Origin: Veillonellaceae bacterium
Lineage (GTDB): Bacteria; Bacillota; Negativicutes; JAAYSF01
Length of the DNA stretch: 64,000 bases
Direction: 5' to 3'
NCBI GenBank assembly: GCA_012523975.1
Contig: JAAYSF010000073.1
Span: forward strand, 416 to 64,415
In this document: in pieces, positions 47,501 to 57,825 of the stretch
Position numbering within the stretch: the stretch's first letter is position 1
Layout: each line of letters opens with the position of its first letter
Position numbers and translations under genes: made by a program
Notes under the pieces: generated by a model
Told to the model about the DNA's origin: nothing
Databases searched by the model: none
What the model saw: the letters and a program-made list of their open reading frames with translations, nothing else

Positions 47501-49201
47501 GTGGATTATGCCGTAAATATCATCACGGTGATTCAATTCTTTTTTGCCATTGTCATCGGCATGTACTTTCTGAATCTTCTGCGGTCGCAACAAGGTAACC
47601 GTGTGGCAGTAGAGCGTGAATCAAAGAAGGAAATGGACAAGCTGCAAAAACTTAGGGAGGTTTCATTAACCGAACCGCTTGCGGAAAAAACCCGTCCTAC
47701 CACATTTGCCGAAATCATTGGTCAGGAAGAAGGATTGAAAGCGCTACGAGCCGCGCTTTGCGGCCCAAATCCGCAGCACGTTCTTATCTACGGACCGCCG
47801 GGAATAGGCAAGACAGCAGCTGCAAGGCTGATTTTAGACGAAGCCAAGCGTAATCCGCTGTCACCCTTTAGTGCAGCAGCCAAGTTTATTGAAATGGATG
47901 CTACAACAGCCAGATTCGATGAACGCGGCATCGCTGATCCACTGATTGGTACAGTCCATGATCCAATTTACCAAGGCGCTGGACCTATGGGGGTTGCGGG
48001 CATTCCGCAGCCAAAACCAGGTGCTGTTACGAAAGCACATGGCGGGTTATTGTTCATTGATGAGATCGGTGAACTCCACCATATTCAAATGAACAAGCTG
48101 CTTAAGGTACTTGAAGACCGAAAGGTATTTCTGGAAAGCTCGTATTATAATAGCGAAGATACAAATATCCCTACCCATATTCACGATATGTTTCAAAACG
48201 GCCTGCCGGCTGATTTTCGTTTGGTTGGGGCAACAACACGTACACCGCAGGACATACCGCCGGCAATAAGGTCGCGTTGCGTAGAAATTTTCTTTCGCCC
48301 GCTTAATGCGGAAGAAGTGGGTATTGTAGCAAGAAATGCTGCCCAAAAAGTCAAATTTGAAATTGAGGATTCGGCTATCGAGGTAATAAAGAATTATGCT
48401 ATGAATGGCCGTGATGCAGTAAATATTGTTCAGATTGCGGCGGGAGTAGCTTTAAATCACCATGGTCAAAAAATAACCGGGCAGGACGTCGAATGGGTAG
48501 TAAACTTCGGCCAATATAATCCCCGGCCGGATAAGAAGGTGCCGCTTAAGCCGCAAATAGGTTTTGCTAATGGCTTAGCGGTATATGGAGCCAATATTGG
48601 TATGGTCATGGAAATCGAAGTTTCAGCAGTTCCTAACCCCTGTGGAACTGGAAAACTGACAGTTACAGGGGTTATTGATGAAGAGGAAATCGGAGTACCA
48701 GGCCGAACCATGCGGCGTAAAAGTATGGCCAAAGGTTCGCTAGAAAATGTTCTAACTGTGTTGGCTAATCGATGCGGTATTGATTATCACAAGTATGATA
48801 TCCATGTTAATTTTCCGGGAGGCGGACCGATTGATGGACCGTCGGCCGGTATAACAGTCGCTGTTGCCATCTATTCTGCAGTTATGGGCATTCCGATCGA
48901 CAATCAGGTGGCCATGACTGGAGAAATATCAATCCGGGGACTAGTCAAACCGGTAGGCGGCGTTAGTGCTAAGGTCAATGCTGCAATCCAAGCTGGTGCT
49001 AAGAAAATAATAATACCACAAGAAAACTGGCAGGAAATATATCGAAATATGGAGGCACAGGTAATTGGTATAAACACGCTGGAAGAGGCGTTGGAGCATG
49101 CTCTGCTGAAAAACGCGGATGCAGGAAGGGATGACAAAGCAGCCTTGCAACCAGAGGTTTTGGCAGCCGCCGGGGTTCCCAGTGTGTTTAGTCCAAGTTA
49201 A
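47501..49201 (+). CDS. lonB: Lon-like ATP-dependent protease LonB (sporulation-type, N-terminal TM)
   Basis: N-terminal TM helix, AAA+ Walker A GPPGIGKT, C-terminal Lon Ser-Lys protease domain (DGPSAGIT). GTG start after a GGAAGGAGGG RBS. Confidence 0.85.
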   Translation: MDYAVNIITVIQFFFAIVIGMYFLNLLRSQQGNRVAVERESKKEMDKLQKLREVSLTEPLAEKTRPTTFAEIIGQEEGLKALRAALCGPNPQHVLIYGPPGIGKTAAARLILDEAKRNPLSPFSAAAKFIEMDATTARFDERGIADPLIGTVHDPIYQGAGPMGVAGIPQPKPGAVTKAHGGLLFIDEIGELHHIQMNKLLKVLEDRKVFLESSYYNSEDTNIPTHIHDMFQNGLPADFRLVGATTRTPQDIPPAIRSRCVEIFFRPLNAEEVGIVARNAAQKVKFEIEDSAIEVIKNYAMNGRDAVNIVQIAAGVALNHHGQKITGQDVEWVVNFGQYNPRPDKKVPLKPQIGFANGLAVYGANIGMVMEIEVSAVPNPCGTGKLTVTGVIDEEEIGVPGRTMRRKSMAKGSLENVLTVLANRCGIDYHKYDIHVNFPGGGPIDGPSAGITVAVAIYSAVMGIPIDNQVAMTGEISIRGLVKPVGGVSAKVNAAIQAGAKKIIIPQENWQEIYRNMEAQVIGINTLEEALEHALLKNADAGRDDKAALQPEVLAAAGVPSVFSPS

Positions 49202-49211
49202 GGGGGTTATT

Positions 49212-49406
49212 ATGGATAAATTAGCTTTATTGCTCGTTATTGTTGGGGCATTGAATTGGCTTCTAATCGGGGTATTGAATTTTGATCTAGTAGCGTCAAT
49301 TTTTGGTGGTCAAAACTCCTTTTTAAGCCGCGCTGTGTATACGTTGGTTGGCTTGGCAGGTATTTGGTCACTTGGCCTTTTATTCAGGGATAAAGGAAGA
49401 GCATAG
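49212..49406 (+). CDS. DUF378-family small membrane protein (64 aa)
   Basis: ALNWLLIGVLNFDLVASIFGG motif characteristic of DUF378. GGGGG RBS. Confidence 0.55.
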   Translation: MDKLALLLVIVGALNWLLIGVLNFDLVASIFGGQNSFLSRAVYTLVGLAGIWSLGLLFRDKGRA

Positions 49407-49411
49407 GTAAA

Positions 49412-49442
49412 AAAATAAGCCCTCGCTAAGAGGGCTTATTAA
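49412..49442. terminator. Bidirectional terminator hairpin (ataagccctc-gctaa-gagggcttat)
   Basis: 10-bp stem flanked by A-run and T-rich sequence. Lies between convergent genes. Confidence 0.6.
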
Positions 49443-50913
49443 TTTGCAACATATTTCTAAACTCATCTCCTGTAAGTGATTCTTTATCCAAGAGTATGTC
49501 GAGAATTTTAGCAGCTGTTTCTTGCTGAGTTATAAGCACAGATCGAACATAATTTTCAACGTCTCTTAGTATTTCACTCATAGTTGAGTGCAGCAGCTCC
49601 GGCGGCAAGCTGTCAGCTGAGACAATACCTAAGCTCGACATCCCGCCCTGAATAATTTGTTTAGCTAACTCAGTGGCCTGATTAAAGTCATTTGACGCGC
49701 CGGTACTGCGGTTGCCAAGCGTTAATTCTTCTGCAACGGCTCCGGCTAAGGCGACAGCAATTTTTTTCTTTAGTTGATCTAAGGTATACAAATAAATATC
49801 ATTTTCTTGCGTTTGCCTTACATAGCCCAAAGCATTGCTACGAGAGGCTACATTAATAGTTGCGACCGAGCCCGGCTTTGAGATTTCACTAAGCAGGGCA
49901 TGCCCAATTTCATGGACGGCAATACGCTGCTTTTCTTCCGGACTCGGCAGGCGATCAAGTTTTTCGCCCATAATTACCTTATCGATAGCACTTCTAAGAT
50001 GGTGGGGCAATATCTGGTGCTGGTCTTCACGCAACGCTAAAATTGCGGCCTCATTGGCCAGACTTTCAAGATGGGCACCGGAAAAGCCCATTGTTGCGTC
50101 TGCAATTTCCTCGAGGCAGACATCTTCAGCCAATGGTTTATTCCTGGTATGCAAAGCCAGAATCTGCAGACGACCTTTTTTATCAGGCAAATCCACTTTA
50201 ACCTGCCTGTCAAAACGCCCTGGCCGCAGCAGAGCGGGATCAAGCATATCAGGACGATTAGTTGCGGCAATTATTAACAATCTTACAGTTTCGTCTGAGG
50301 CTAAACCGTCCATTTGAACTAGCAGCTCGTTGAGCGTTTGTTCATGCTCCATATGACTATTAGCCTCACCGCGCTTGCCGCCTAATATTTCAATCTCGTC
50401 AATAAAAATGACGGCACTTTGTTTCCCTTGTTTTCTCGCTATGGTTTTGGCCTGACTGAATAATTGACGGATTCGTTTGGCACCGACCCCAACATACATC
50501 TCAACAAATTCTGAACCGCTCGCAGCCAGGAATACTGAATCGGTATAATGGGCGGCTGCCTTGGCCAGCAATGTTTTTCCCGTGCCGGGCGGGCCATTTA
50601 GCAAAATGCCCTTTAGCGGTCTTATTCCTAACCTTTTGATACTTTCAACATCTTTAATAAACTCTAAAGCCTCGCGCAATTCATTTTTGGCCACATCCTG
50701 GCCGCCAATATCGTCGAGACTAACCACACTGACCGTTGTCTCTTTATGCGGAGCGGCAAACGATTTTCCGCCTTGGCGCATATTATTAAAATAGAGGATA
50801 GCGCCTATAAATGCGGCGAAAAAAATAAAGGGTAGTATATTTATTCCCTGCCACACAAGGAATGCCGTTAATGCAATGACGATACCGGCGGCGATTTCTT
50901 TGGTATACATCAT
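49426..50913 (-). CDS. Short FtsH-like AAA+ zinc metalloprotease (AAA domain plus M41 HEIGH peptidase, lacking the large extracytoplasmic domain)
   Basis: N-terminal TM hairpin. Walker A GPPGTGKT, second region of homology, HEIGHAL zinc motif. 495 aa versus about 600+ for canonical FtsH. Confidence 0.7.
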   Translation of the reverse strand: MMYTKEIAAGIVIALTAFLVWQGINILPFIFFAAFIGAILYFNNMRQGGKSFAAPHKETTVSVVSLDDIGGQDVAKNELREALEFIKDVESIKRLGIRPLKGILLNGPPGTGKTLLAKAAAHYTDSVFLAASGSEFVEMYVGVGAKRIRQLFSQAKTIARKQGKQSAVIFIDEIEILGGKRGEANSHMEHEQTLNELLVQMDGLASDETVRLLIIAATNRPDMLDPALLRPGRFDRQVKVDLPDKKGRLQILALHTRNKPLAEDVCLEEIADATMGFSGAHLESLANEAAILALREDQHQILPHHLRSAIDKVIMGEKLDRLPSPEEKQRIAVHEIGHALLSEISKPGSVATINVASRSNALGYVRQTQENDIYLYTLDQLKKKIAVALAGAVAEELTLGNRSTGASNDFNQATELAKQIIQGGMSSLGIVSADSLPPELLHSTMSEILRDVENYVRSVLITQQETAAKILDILLDKESLTGDEFRNMLQINKPS

Positions 50914-51470
50914 TTCACCTCCGGTTGGCCGGCTTGGCGGGGAACAACTATATACATATCGGCGTCGGCTTTTTTTAATCCTAAATAAACATTAACAGAG
51001 TCTACATAAACTTGAGCTTCGACACCATTAACTGCGGCCTTTTGTACAATTTGCTCAGCCATAGAGGCAAAGTTGCCTGTAGCAATACCTTCCTGAACAA
51101 ATAAATGGACATTATAATACACTTGTTCTAATTCGGGCGTGCGGTTATCCTTTATGACCACGCTGAACTGGTTATCCCCCAAGATAGCGGCAGCACCTTC
51201 ATAAACGGTTTGGTAAGTTTTCTGCAGGTTCTTCACATTAGTTAATGAAATGTGAAGTTTGGCTGTACCGCTGATTTTGTTATTACTATCTACATAAAAA
51301 GAATCTATGCCATTAATGTTGTTAAGCACCTTCGCTAAAGGTTTATCGACTGCGTACCGCTGCCATAGAAATTGCCCTCCGCCTAAAATAATTAGCGTCA
51401 GGATAATAGCAGCTAGCACGACAGATAACCGGTTTTTATTAATGTTCACTATAGGGTACCTCCTTTGCAC
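50910..51470 (-). CDS. Hypothetical single-pass membrane protein (186 aa), co-transcribed with the FtsH-like gene
   Basis: N-terminal TM helix. ATGA overlap with the downstream FtsH-like gene. Confidence 0.5.
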   Translation of the reverse strand: MQRRYPIVNINKNRLSVVLAAIILTLIILGGGQFLWQRYAVDKPLAKVLNNINGIDSFYVDSNNKISGTAKLHISLTNVKNLQKTYQTVYEGAAAILGDNQFSVVIKDNRTPELEQVYYNVHLFVQEGIATGNFASMAEQIVQKAAVNGVEAQVYVDSVNVYLGLKKADADMYIVVPRQAGQPEVK

Positions 51471-51652
51471 GCTGCTTAGTTAACATAAAGTATTATAGCA
51501 TTTAGCTAAAACAGGCGCAAAGGTAAATAAAGCTTACTGTTTAGGTAATAAGGCTGGCAATAAAGGATTTTTACAAAGCGGGTAAGAATATTTATAAATG
51601 TTGGTGTGGAAAATAGTAGTGCTAAACGTAAACTAAAGGAGGCGAAAACATC

Positions 51653-53977
51653 GTGGCAAAGAAAAATCGTATAATTCCATTATTGCCACTTCGTGGCATT
51701 CTGGTTTTTCCATATATGATTATTCATCTTGATGTCGGGCGTGAAAAATCGATAGGTGCCTTAGAAGAATCTATGGTTCACGACCGCCAAATAATGCTGG
51801 CAACCCAAAAAGAGGCGCAAAATGACGCGCCTAATCCTGAAGATATATTTGAATTCGGTACAGTGGCTGAAATAAAGCAGCTTTTAAAACTTCCCGGAGG
51901 TACAATTAGAGTACTCGTTGAAGGGTTGCATCGCGCTAAGATAACGAACTACATGGATTTAGACCCTTTTTACAAGGTAGAAATAGAAGAATTTGCTGAA
52001 ACAGAGGCAAAAACTCCAGAAGTTGAGGCCCTTACCCGTACAGCTATCCATCAGTTTGAACAATGGGTTAAGCTGAGTAAAAAAATCCCCCCCGAAACGC
52101 TTGTTTCGGTGGTGGTTGTTGAAGAACCCGGCAGACTGACTGATCTTATTGCGAGCCATTTATCCCTAAAGATTGAGGATAAGCAGGCGCTGTTAGATGC
52201 TGTTGATATTAAAGAACGTTTAAGCAAGCTCTGTGAGATTCTTGGGCGGGAGATGGAAATTCTTGAGCTTGAAAAGAAAATTAATGTCCGAGTCCGCAAG
52301 CAGATGGAGAGAACGCAAAAAGAATATTATTTGCGTGAGCAGCTAAAAGCAATCCAAAAAGAATTGGGCGAGAAAGATGATCGTACTGCGGAAGCTGATG
52401 AGTATCGTGAACGGCTAAAACAGCAGCCTGACTTACCGCCTGAAGTAACCGAGAAAATCACTAAAGAGATTGAGCGGCTGGAAAAAATGCCGCCGATGGC
52501 AGCTGAAAGTGCTGTTATCCGTACTTATCTGGATTGGCTTTTAGCGTTGCCTTGGACACATGAAACAGAAGACAATCTAGATATTGCTACAGCCGAACAA
52601 ATTCTCAATGAAGATCACTATGGCCTTGAGAAGGTTAAAGAACGAATCTTAGAATACTTATCTATCCGAAAGCTTGCCGATAAGATGAAGGGGCCTATTC
52701 TTTGCCTCGTTGGTCCGCCTGGTGTCGGAAAAACCTCTTTGGCCCGATCAATCGCCCGGTCGATGGACCGTAAATTTGTCCGTGTTTCGCTAGGTGGAGT
52801 GCGTGACGAGGCCGAGATCCGCGGCCATCGCCGTACGTATGTAGGGGCGCTACCTGGACGTATCATACAGGGAATGCGCAATGCCGACTCGCGCAATCCA
52901 ATATTTTTATTAGATGAAATTGACAAGATGAGCGCAGATTTTAGAGGTGATCCGTCGGCTGCTTTGCTCGAAGTTCTCGATCCAGAACAAAATAATACCT
53001 TCAGTGATCATTATATAGAAATCCCCTTTGACCTATCACAAGTGTTATGGGTTGTAACAGCAAATGTCATGCATAATATTCCCAGGCCGCTGCTTGACCG
53101 TATGGAAATAATAAGTATAGCCGGGTACACTGAAGAAGAAAAGATTCAAATTGCAAAACGTTACCTTATTCCAAAACAGATGCGGGATCATGGACTTAAT
53201 GAGAAACAAATTTTCTTCTCCGAAGGTACTTTGCAAAAAGTTATTAGTGATTACACGCGTGAAGCCGGCGTACGTAATCTAGAACGCAATATTGCAGGAT
53301 TATGCCGAAAAGTTGCGCGGCAAATTGTACAAAATAAAAAGTCGAGCGTTAAGGTAACTGCCCAGAATCTCCACACCTTTTTAGGAGCCCCAAAATTTCG
53401 CCGTCGCCAGGCTGAAGGTAAAGCTGAAGTTGGCGTAACTACCGGCTTGGCATGGACAGAAGTAGGCGGCGAGGTGTTAAATACTGAGGTTTCGATTATG
53501 AAAGGCAAAGGCAAACTACTTTTAACGGGACAGCTCGGTGAAGTTATGCGCGAGTCTGCGCAAGCCGGCTTAAGCTATATTAGGTCACGGGTTAAGGGAC
53601 TTGGCATTGACGAAGAGTTTTATGAGAAAAATGATATTCACATTCATCTGCCAGAAGGAGCTATTCCTAAAGATGGGCCATCCGCCGGTATAACTATGGC
53701 TACAGCGATGGTATCAGCGCTCACCGGTACACCGGTGCGCAATGATATTGCGATGACAGGCGAAATAACCTTGCGGGGTCGGGTGCTGCCCGTAGGTGGC
53801 ATTAAAGAAAAGGTACTTGCCGCTCATCGGCTGGGAATTAACACGATTATTATGCCTAAAGAAAATCAGCGGGATATTGATGAGATTCCGGCTAACGTTA
53901 AACGTCACTTAGAATTTGTCTTAGTAGAGCATATGGACCAAGTATTAGACCGGGCACTGGTGAAAGAGAATGACTGA
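51653..53977 (+). CDS. lonA: ATP-dependent Lon protease (LonA)
   Basis: N-terminal LON domain, AAA+ [10 protein letters not shown]-terminal DGPSAG / K catalytic dyad. 774 aa. Confidence 0.95.
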   Translation: MAKKNRIIPLLPLRGILVFPYMIIHLDVGREKSIGALEESMVHDRQIMLATQKEAQNDAPNPEDIFEFGTVAEIKQLLKLPGGTIRVLVEGLHRAKITNYMDLDPFYKVEIEEFAETEAKTPEVEALTRTAIHQFEQWVKLSKKIPPETLVSVVVVEEPGRLTDLIASHLSLKIEDKQALLDAVDIKERLSKLCEILGREMEILELEKKINVRVRKQMERTQKEYYLREQLKAIQKELGEKDDRTAEADEYRERLKQQPDLPPEVTEKITKEIERLEKMPPMAAESAVIRTYLDWLLALPWTHETEDNLDIATAEQILNEDHYGLEKVKERILEYLSIRKLADKMKGPILCLVGPPGVGKTSLARSIARSMDRKFVRVSLGGVRDEAEIRGHRRTYVGALPGRIIQGMRNADSRNPIFLLDEIDKMSADFRGDPSAALLEVLDPEQNNTFSDHYIEIPFDLSQVLWVVTANVMHNIPRPLLDRMEIISIAGYTEEEKIQIAKRYLIPKQMRDHGLNEKQIFFSEGTLQKVISDYTREAGVRNLERNIAGLCRKVARQIVQNKKSSVKVTAQNLHTFLGAPKFRRRQAEGKAEVGVTTGLAWTEVGGEVLNTEVSIMKGKGKLLLTGQLGEVMRESAQAGLSYIRSRVKGLGIDEEFYEKNDIHIHLPEGAIPKDGPSAGITMATAMVSALTGTPVRNDIAMTGEITLRGRVLPVGGIKEKVLAAHRLGINTIIMPKENQRDIDEIPANVKRHLEFVLVEHMDQVLDRALVKEND

Positions 53978-54599
53978 TGATAATGCAATAAATATTATTG
54001 CGGCTAAGTATGCCGCATCGGCGGTGCGAGCTGATCAATACCCGGACCCGGAAGAAGAAATATGTGAAATCGCGTTTATTGGGCGTTCAAATGTTGGAAA
54101 ATCATCGCTTATAAATTCTTTAGCCCGGCGGCATGGGCTTGCCAGAACGAGCAGAACGCCGGGTAAGACCCAGACTCTTAATTTTTACCGGTTGGCCGCC
54201 AAAATAAATGATAACCGTCAGGACTTTTATATCGTTGACTTGCCGGGTTACGGCTATGCCCGAACCGGTCAAACTAACAGGCGCCAGTGGGCTAAGTTTT
54301 CGGAAGATTATATGCTGAGGTCCCCGCGGTTAAAGCTTATTTGCCATCTAATTGATATAAGGCATCCGCCGATGCCCAGTGATATCGCAGCCTATCGTTG
54401 GTTGATAGAGCATAATCTTCCTGTACAATTGATAGCAACCAAGGCCGATAAAATTAGTCGAATGGGTTTAAAGAAACAAGTTGAAACAATAAAAAAAGGT
54501 TTAGGGGCAATAAACAATAATATACTTGCCTATTCATCAGAAAAGGGTTTTGGACGGGATGAATTACTTGACGTAATCGGCCTGGTTTTGTTAAAATGA
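53970..54599 (+). CDS. engB: Ribosome biogenesis GTP-binding protein YsxC/EngB
   Basis: G1 [10 protein letters not shown]3 DLPGYG, G4 TKADK. Conserved lonA-engB adjacency. Confidence 0.9.
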   Translation: MTDDNAINIIAAKYAASAVRADQYPDPEEEICEIAFIGRSNVGKSSLINSLARRHGLARTSRTPGKTQTLNFYRLAAKINDNRQDFYIVDLPGYGYARTGQTNRRQWAKFSEDYMLRSPRLKLICHLIDIRHPPMPSDIAAYRWLIEHNLPVQLIATKADKISRMGLKKQVETIKKGLGAINNNILAYSSEKGFGRDELLDVIGLVLLK

Positions 54600-54687
54600 A
54601 TCAGGCTGGAGGAGGACAGCTAATGCTGTCCTCCTTTAAGATGTGAACTTATGGCCGGCCATACAGCAATTAAGATAGGGGTATGTT

Positions 54688-55137
54688 ATGCTCACGTCAT
54701 TTGACAAAGAATTACTTAATATCTTGCAGACAAAGTTGCCGATAGCCAGTAGTCCTTTTGCAGAAATTGCAGACCGGCTAGATTCTGATGAAAAAACGGT
54801 TATTGATAGATTGAGATATTTGAAGGAGCACGGATACATACGCAAGATAGGGGCCTTTTTTGATTCAACAAGCTTAGGCTATGTCGGTACACTAGTTGCT
54901 GCCAAGGTCGAGCCGGAACATATTGAAGAGGTTGCGCAGATAATAAATACTTATGAAGGTGTAACTCATAATTATGAGCGCGACGGCATCTTAAATTTAT
55001 GGTTTACGCTTATGGTGCCAGATATTGCCAGTCAAAAACGAATTTTAAGCGAAATTCAAGGTCTTAAAGGAGTTTTGAAGCTTATTAATCTTCCTGCAAA
55101 TAAAAAATATAAGGTAAGTGTCCAGTTTAAACTTTAG
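54688..55137 (+). CDS. Lrp/AsnC-like protein, probable siroheme decarboxylase subunit (AhbA/NirD-L-like)
   Basis: LL..LQ...P....PF.EIA..L...E..V..RL..L.E.GYIRKIGA pattern typical of NirDLGH/AhbAB. Tandem pair of paralogs. Confidence 0.55.
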   Translation: MLTSFDKELLNILQTKLPIASSPFAEIADRLDSDEKTVIDRLRYLKEHGYIRKIGAFFDSTSLGYVGTLVAAKVEPEHIEEVAQIINTYEGVTHNYERDGILNLWFTLMVPDIASQKRILSEIQGLKGVLKLINLPANKKYKVSVQFKL

Positions 55138-55170
55138 GCTGCGCTATGAGCACTAACGGAGGTAAAAATA

Positions 55171-55647
55171 ATGCTTGATGCCTTAGATAAAAAAATTATT
55201 GCTGCCATGCAGGACGAATTTCCGCTTGTAGCAGAACCTTATAAGGAAATTGCTCTTCGAGTCGGTATCAGCGAACCCGAATTATTGGACAGGCTTAGGA
55301 ATTATCGTCGGACCGGAAAAATCCGTAAAATGGGCGCAGTCTTGAAACACCGCGAAGTGGGCTTTGCCGCTAATGCCTTGTGTGCATGGATTGTACCGGA
55401 AGATAGAATGGATGAAGTTGGCAAGATTATGATGGAACATCCGGCGATTACACATGCTTACTCCCGAGCACCGCAGCCCGAATGGCCATATAATTTTTAT
55501 ATAATGCTGCATGCCCACACTCGGGAAGAGTGTTGCAAGATGGCGGAAGAACTAGCATCAGCCACTGGCCTAAATCAATACACAATGCTCTTTAGCACTC
55601 GGGAATACAAGAAAGCTAGCATGCGGTATTTTGTCGAAAAAGGATAG
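55171..55647 (+). CDS. Lrp/AsnC-like protein, probable siroheme decarboxylase subunit (AhbB/NirG-H-like)
   Basis: Same family pattern (LDKKIIAAMQDEFPLVAEPYKEIA...GKIRKMGA). Paired with the upstream paralog. Confidence 0.55.
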   Translation: MLDALDKKIIAAMQDEFPLVAEPYKEIALRVGISEPELLDRLRNYRRTGKIRKMGAVLKHREVGFAANALCAWIVPEDRMDEVGKIMMEHPAITHAYSRAPQPEWPYNFYIMLHAHTREECCKMAEELASATGLNQYTMLFSTREYKKASMRYFVEKG

Positions 55648-55892
55648 AAATTTTGCTAATATTAAAAAATTACTCGAAAATTCTCAAATGAAAAAGGAAT
55701 ATGCTGCAAATTGTCGAATAATGAAATGAGATTAATAGCTTAAGATTATAAGTTCTATTCTGCAGGTTTTATTCACTTATTACTAAGTTTGATTTAAATA
55801 TTCCTAGTGATAAGTGTTTAAAATAAACAAGGGTTGTTTGTTTAAACTATATAAAGATAAGTGAGGTGATAAGATCAAATAATATCTCGTTC

Positions 55893-55905
55893 CTGGGTAT
55901 AATTT
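55893..55905 (+). promoter_or_regulatory. Extended -10 promoter element (TGgTATAAT) upstream of the lactate permease gene
   Basis: cctGGGTATAAT about 105 nt upstream of the lctP start. Confidence 0.4.
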
Positions 55906-56010
55906 AAAACTTCATAGGGTATACTCAGCATTGAACGAAAAACGCATCACGATACGTATAACTTAAAATTTTTTGTACGTTGAAAACATTATTGAAAGGG
56001 TGTTAATACA

Positions 56011-57639
56011 GTGACATGGACGCAAGTTTATGATCCAATGAATAACCTCGCGCTATCAGCGTTTTTAGCCGCAATACCTATTATTATCATATTCTATTTG
56101 TTGGCTATACGTAAGACGCCTGGCCAAATCGCAGGTGCGGTTGCAATGGTAGCAGCAGTTGCAGTAGCAATTTTTGCTTACGGAATGCCTGCTTCTACTG
56201 CGCTTACTGCAACAGCGATGGGTGCGCTTTACGGTGTATTCCCTATCTTCTGGATAGTTATCACAGCAATCTTTATTTACAACATGACAGTTGAAACCGG
56301 TCAATTCGAAATTGTTAAGAACTCGATTGCAACAATTACCGATGACCGCCGTCTGCAAGCTCTGTTAGTTGCCTTCTCCTTCGGTGCTTTCCTTGAAGGT
56401 GCTGCTGGTTTCGGTACTCCGGTTGCAATTTCAGCCGGTATGCTTGTTGGTCTTGGTTTTAATCCGCTCTACGCTGCAGGTCTTTGCTTGATTGCAAACA
56501 CTGCGCCGGTTGCGTTCGGTGGTATTGGTATTCCAATTATCGTTGCCGGTCAGGTCAGTGGCGTTGAAACTATGAAGATTTCCCAAATGGTTGGTCGTCA
56601 GTTGCCATTCTTATCCGTAATCATCCCTATCTGGTTGGTTGTACTGATGGCTGGTTGGAAATCCGCAATGGAAGTACTTCCTGCATGTCTGGTTGCCGGT
56701 GTAGCTTTCGCTGGCCTTCAATGGTGGTCTTCTAACTTCCTTGGACCAGAACTTCCCGACATTCTGTCTTCATTGGCAGCAATTATTTCTCTTACACTGT
56801 TCCTCAAAGTTTGGAAACCTGTTAAAGTATGGCGCTTTGAAAACGAACCGAAAGTTAATGCTGCGGCAACCCTGCCGACTTACACTTCCGGACAAATCTT
56901 CAAAGCATGGTCTCCGTTCATTATCCTTACAGTATTCGTAATCCTTTGGGGTCTTAAGCCTGTGGCAGCAGTGCTTGACTCTGCAACAATTAAATGGTTT
57001 GTACCTGGTCTTCACAAAGTTGTAACTCAAGTAGCTCCGATTGCTAAGGAGCCTGTCCAAATGGCTGCTCTTTTCAAAATTAACTGGCTGAGCGCTGCAG
57101 GTACTGCATTATTATTCTCAAGCATCGTGTCTGCACTGATTCTTGGCGTTGGCCCTTCAAGATACCTTAGCATTTTTGGCAAAACCTTTATGCAATTGAG
57201 AAAGCCGCTTATTACTATCCCTTGCGTACTTGGTCTTGCTTATGTTATGAACTACTCCGGCATGAGCGCTACTCTTGGCCTGCTGCTTGCTGGAACAGGT
57301 AGCTACTTCCCGTTCTTTGCTCCGCTTCTTGGCTGGGTAGGCGTATTCCTGACTGGTTCTGATACTTCCGCTAACGCATTGTTCGGTAACCTTCAAGCTG
57401 TTACCGCTGAGCAAGTTGGCGTTGATCCGGTCCTGACTGTAGCCGCTAACTCCTCTGGTGGTGTTACTGGTAAAATGATTTCACCGCAAAGTATCGCGGT
57501 TGCAACTGCAGCTACCGGTCTTGTTGGTAAAGAGGGCGAACTCTTCAGCTTTACTGTAATGCACTCCTTCATCTTAGCTTTAGCTGTGTGTTTGATGACT
57601 TATGCTCAAGCATATGTTCTAAACTGGATGATTCCTTAA
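56011..57639 (+). CDS. lctP: L-lactate permease (LctP family) paralog 1
   Basis: 542 aa, about 14 TM. LctP-family N-terminal motif (W.Q.YDP) and overall similarity. GTG start. Confidence 0.85.
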   Translation: MTWTQVYDPMNNLALSAFLAAIPIIIIFYLLAIRKTPGQIAGAVAMVAAVAVAIFAYGMPASTALTATAMGALYGVFPIFWIVITAIFIYNMTVETGQFEIVKNSIATITDDRRLQALLVAFSFGAFLEGAAGFGTPVAISAGMLVGLGFNPLYAAGLCLIANTAPVAFGGIGIPIIVAGQVSGVETMKISQMVGRQLPFLSVIIPIWLVVLMAGWKSAMEVLPACLVAGVAFAGLQWWSSNFLGPELPDILSSLAAIISLTLFLKVWKPVKVWRFENEPKVNAAATLPTYTSGQIFKAWSPFIILTVFVILWGLKPVAAVLDSATIKWFVPGLHKVVTQVAPIAKEPVQMAALFKINWLSAAGTALLFSSIVSALILGVGPSRYLSIFGKTFMQLRKPLITIPCVLGLAYVMNYSGMSATLGLLLAGTGSYFPFFAPLLGWVGVFLTGSDTSANALFGNLQAVTAEQVGVDPVLTVAANSSGGVTGKMISPQSIAVATAATGLVGKEGELFSFTVMHSFILALAVCLMTYAQAYVLNWMIP

Positions 57640-57640
57640 A

Positions 57641-57731
57641 CTTACTAATAGAGAGCAGCCTAATAAGCTGCTCTCTTATTTTTTTTAAAGGCGACTGCTG
57701 ATTAAATTTTTCAGCAGCCGCCTTTTTCTTC
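57641..57731 (+). terminator. Two tandem intrinsic terminators (agagagcagc..gctgctctct+T8 ; ggcgactgctg..cagcagccgcc+T5)
   Basis: Two consecutive GC-rich hairpins, each followed by a T-run. Confidence 0.65.
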
Positions 57732-57825
57732 ATGTTTTGCGAAAAATTTGGTTATGCTAGTCGTATGACTTATGTTTAAGGGGATGATCTCCTCTAAACA
57801 CAGCTACATATCAGGAGGTGCTTTT

